Positions 39,863 to 41,944 of a DNA stretch of 41,944 nucleotides are shown here, piece after piece. The stretch's first letter is position 1. Every line of letters starts with the position of its first letter. The position numbers were made by a program, and so were the translations under genes. Origin of the DNA: Hormoscilla sp. (lineage in GTDB: Bacteria; Cyanobacteriota; Cyanobacteriia; Cyanobacteriales; Desertifilaceae); contig JBFRWI010000050.1 in assembly GCA_051439505.1 (NCBI GenBank), positions 1-41,944 of the forward strand, read 5' to 3'. The notes below the pieces were generated by a model. It searched no databases, was not told the DNA's origin, and was given only the letters and a program-made list of their open reading frames with translations.

Positions 39863-41539
39863 TTAATATATCTGCCACTCATCTAGTAAAACTATGACAT
39901 CCATTGGAACTTTCCCACCTTTTTGATACTTGCTAGCTCCCGATTCAAAGAGCACGGCAAGTTGCTTTCCAATCATGACAATTCCTTCAGACATGGGAGG
40001 AAGGTCGATCGCTCCCAAATAGTTCTCACCATCCAGAAACCACAAGGGTACTGTCTCCCCATTGCTCAGTGTTGCCGTTGCATGTTTTTCCTCGTTAATT
40101 GGGTTTTCATAAGCTACAATTTTACTAGGGTTTTTGCGCCCGTAAGAAATACTCAGGTAGATGCGGTCGTTGGTTACATGCATACCTTGAACTTTTTGTC
40201 TGACCGACAATACAAATTTGGGATTTCCCAATATATCCTGGGCATCGTAGGCACAGACCCAGGCATATTTTTTAACAGCTTTTCGATCTTGCACGTGATG
40301 AGATCGATCGGTTGGGTATTCCTCTTTTAAGAGGGTGTATTTTGCAAATTCACCGACAAACAGGGTATTTTCTGTTGCCGTGCAAAATGACGCTTTAGTT
40401 TCACATTTTCGCCTGGCCACAGGCAATACAGCAGCTGAAGGCGTATCAGAAACAACCGTCCCCAGTTCGTACTGAAATAATTGCCCATCAGAGGCAACCC
40501 ATAAAGAATCCTTGAGAACCGCAATGCCTCCAACATGTCCACGATGCAATGCTTCCGAGGACTCTTTCAAGGCAATGCTAGAGAGCATTTTTCCCGTGGA
40601 GTTGTCTAACACCGAAAGGAATGAGGGAGGACCATGTTCAAAATAATGGGAAATAATAATCAAGTCATGGTCATCGGAATAAGTCATGCCTTGGGGAATC
40701 GCATCTTGTTGTAATCCGGGAATCACTGGTCCAATGTAGAATTTTTGCCAAACTTCCTTGAGGAGTTTTAAGTTTCGAGGTACTCCTTGTGCGATCTGAT
40801 CAGGAAGTAGTGGATTGGCAGGGGGTGAATATTCCTCTCCATGAGATCTTTGTGCCCAGGAACTGCCTGCCATTACTGGGTAATAAACCTTGATTTTGAT
40901 TTTCCGTCTGTTGTTTTGTCCAATGGTGATTTCATTGGCATTCTTTAGCTGCCTCGGTGGATTTGAGGGAACATTGTAAACCGTCAAACCGGAGCTGTTG
41001 TAATCTTCATCACTATACTTCTCGACGAATATTCCCAGATGTTCCCCAAGGTTTTTCTGCATATCACTCCCTTCTAGAGGAAGATTGACATCATTAGCTA
41101 CTGCATACAGATGGCCAGATCTGTAGATTAGATAGAACCCAGGACCTACCTTGTTTTTCGATTGATTGTAGATATTCTTGTTATTATCTATCAGTTCCAG
41201 AATGTATGACTCTCTTTGCTCGCTAGCAAAGCAAAAAGGGGTCGTTACGGTCAAAATTGTCCTACCTAAATTATCACCAACATTCAGTGGTAACATCACG
41301 GCATTTCTTGGATAACGAGTTGACATTATGAGTAAATACAGCTCCGCTTTTCCTCTGCTCTCAGATTCCGACTCGGAGTCGTCAATAATTTCTACCGAGA
41401 AAGTCATCTGTTCTGTTTCCTCGAACTCATTGTCCTGTGTCCTGCCATGATGAATCTTCAGCAGTGATGTGACCAGTCCTGCTCCCAACAGGACTCCATT
41501 CCAGATTAACCTCCGACGCGATCGGGAAAATTGAACCAT
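39863..41539 (-). CDS. Hypothetical exported protein with a probable C-terminal beta-propeller
   Basis: 558 aa; Tat-like SRRRLI + hydrophobic segment; C-terminal half IPGL...PQGM, GHVGGIA, KVQGM, SYGR, PPMSEGI, LFESGA. Confidence 0.65.
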   Translation of the reverse strand: MVQFSRSRRRLIWNGVLLGAGLVTSLLKIHHGRTQDNEFEETEQMTFSVEIIDDSESESESRGKAELYLLIMSTRYPRNAVMLPLNVGDNLGRTILTVTTPFCFASEQRESYILELIDNNKNIYNQSKNKVGPGFYLIYRSGHLYAVANDVNLPLEGSDMQKNLGEHLGIFVEKYSDEDYNSSGLTVYNVPSNPPRQLKNANEITIGQNNRRKIKIKVYYPVMAGSSWAQRSHGEEYSPPANPLLPDQIAQGVPRNLKLLKEVWQKFYIGPVIPGLQQDAIPQGMTYSDDHDLIIISHYFEHGPPSFLSVLDNSTGKMLSSIALKESSEALHRGHVGGIAVLKDSLWVASDGQLFQYELGTVVSDTPSAAVLPVARRKCETKASFCTATENTLFVGEFAKYTLLKEEYPTDRSHHVQDRKAVKKYAWVCAYDAQDILGNPKFVLSVRQKVQGMHVTNDRIYLSISYGRKNPSKIVAYENPINEEKHATATLSNGETVPLWFLDGENYLGAIDLPPMSEGIVMIGKQLAVLFESGASKYQKGGKVPMDVIVLLDEWQIY

Positions 41540-41629
41540 TACAGCACTCTTACCTGAAAATAGCCAGGTTCCTTTATTTTACACCAAACATCTTAATTTT
41601 GAGTTAACTTGTTAAATCAAAATGGGATC

Positions 41630-41774
41630 TAGCAGTTCTCAAATTCCTGTGATATGCTGTTGTGGAGATTGCTTCGGGGGGATTTGCTCATAAAGCCTAA
41701 GCTTATGGCTACGTAGCCCCCCTCGCAATGACAAACAGACCATTTTTAGTACCACATCAATTTGAGAAACGCTA
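41630..41774. mobile_element. MITE with TAGC..TTCTCAAATT ends, 145 bp (IS630-like TA boundary)
   Basis: TAGCAGTTCTCAAATT / AATTTGAGAAACGCTA; absent from the homologous segment at 39077-39104; carries GAGATTGCTTCG..CCTCGCAATGACA, as in 28596-28830. Confidence 0.75.
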
Positions 41775-41782
41775 TAAAAAGA

Positions 41783-41944
41783 TTATACAGATAAATTTTC
41801 CCTCCCAAAAGGTACGGCAGCATTCACCAAACCCAACAAGGGACCGGTTTGATCCTGTCCGTTCACGGCGAGATCGCTGTGACAAAGATACAGGCGATCG
41901 TCCACTCGGGCCAGCAAATCCTGCAAAATTCGCTGCAACCGCTT
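41783..41944 (-). CDS. C-terminus of a probably conserved cyanobacterial protein (runs off the window)
   Basis: KRLQRILQDLLARVDDRLYLCHSDLAVNGQDQTGPLLGLVNAAVPFGRENLSV*; open frame to the window edge; function not assignable from 53 aa. Confidence 0.7.
   Translation of the reverse strand, partial: KRLQRILQDLLARVDDRLYLCHSDLAVNGQDQTGPLLGLVNAAVPFGRENLSV

Noticed and set aside
424..40542. Numerous short ORFs antisense to or overlapping the main genes (e.g. 1771-2463, 33801-34280, 37377-37859)
   Set aside because: Shadow frames of well-supported genes, with no motifs
39077..41944. DGR template/variable repeat pair, group II intron or Tn7/CAST ends
   Set aside because: Mismatches between the copies are not adenine-specific; no reverse transcriptase, intron domain V, or TGT...ACA ends with TnsB sites were seen
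1..41944. tRNA or rRNA genes
   Set aside because: No cloverleaf with T-loop GTTCGA plus acceptor stem, and no rRNA-like sequence recognised

Overview
Chromosomal window from a cyanobacterium, probably filamentous. The evidence is the frequent HIP1 octamer GCGATCGC, xisH/xisI remnants, heptamer STRR repeats and cyanobacterial-type dxs, GH57 and mtnA. Ordinary content: a HEAT-repeat protein, a CHASE2 double hybrid kinase, two FG-GAP surface proteins, two PEP-CTERM proteins, GH57, moaD-thrC-moaD, mtnA, dxs, an SDR and an aldo/keto reductase, with dense REP-like palindromes and MITEs in between. Four things stand out. (1) A long prokaryotic Argonaute with an intact DEDD tetrad lies 37 bp upstream of a co-oriented penicillin-binding/beta-lactamase-fold gene. 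(2) A 1156-bp transposase-less element with ~95-bp ISL3-like inverted ends and an 8-bp TSD carries a captured hsdS'-DUF6883-DUF4926-'hsdR piece and splits xisI exactly in frame. (3) A ~2.6-kb integrase-less island is bounded by a duplicated gene 3' end and holds two sigma70 promoters, each in front of a highly structured non-coding stretch with sequence matching the host gene; it is a candidate RNA-guided targeting system. (4) An IscR-type box precedes a thrC paralog flanked by two sulfur-carrier genes. All family calls come from motif recognition by eye; no database search was run.
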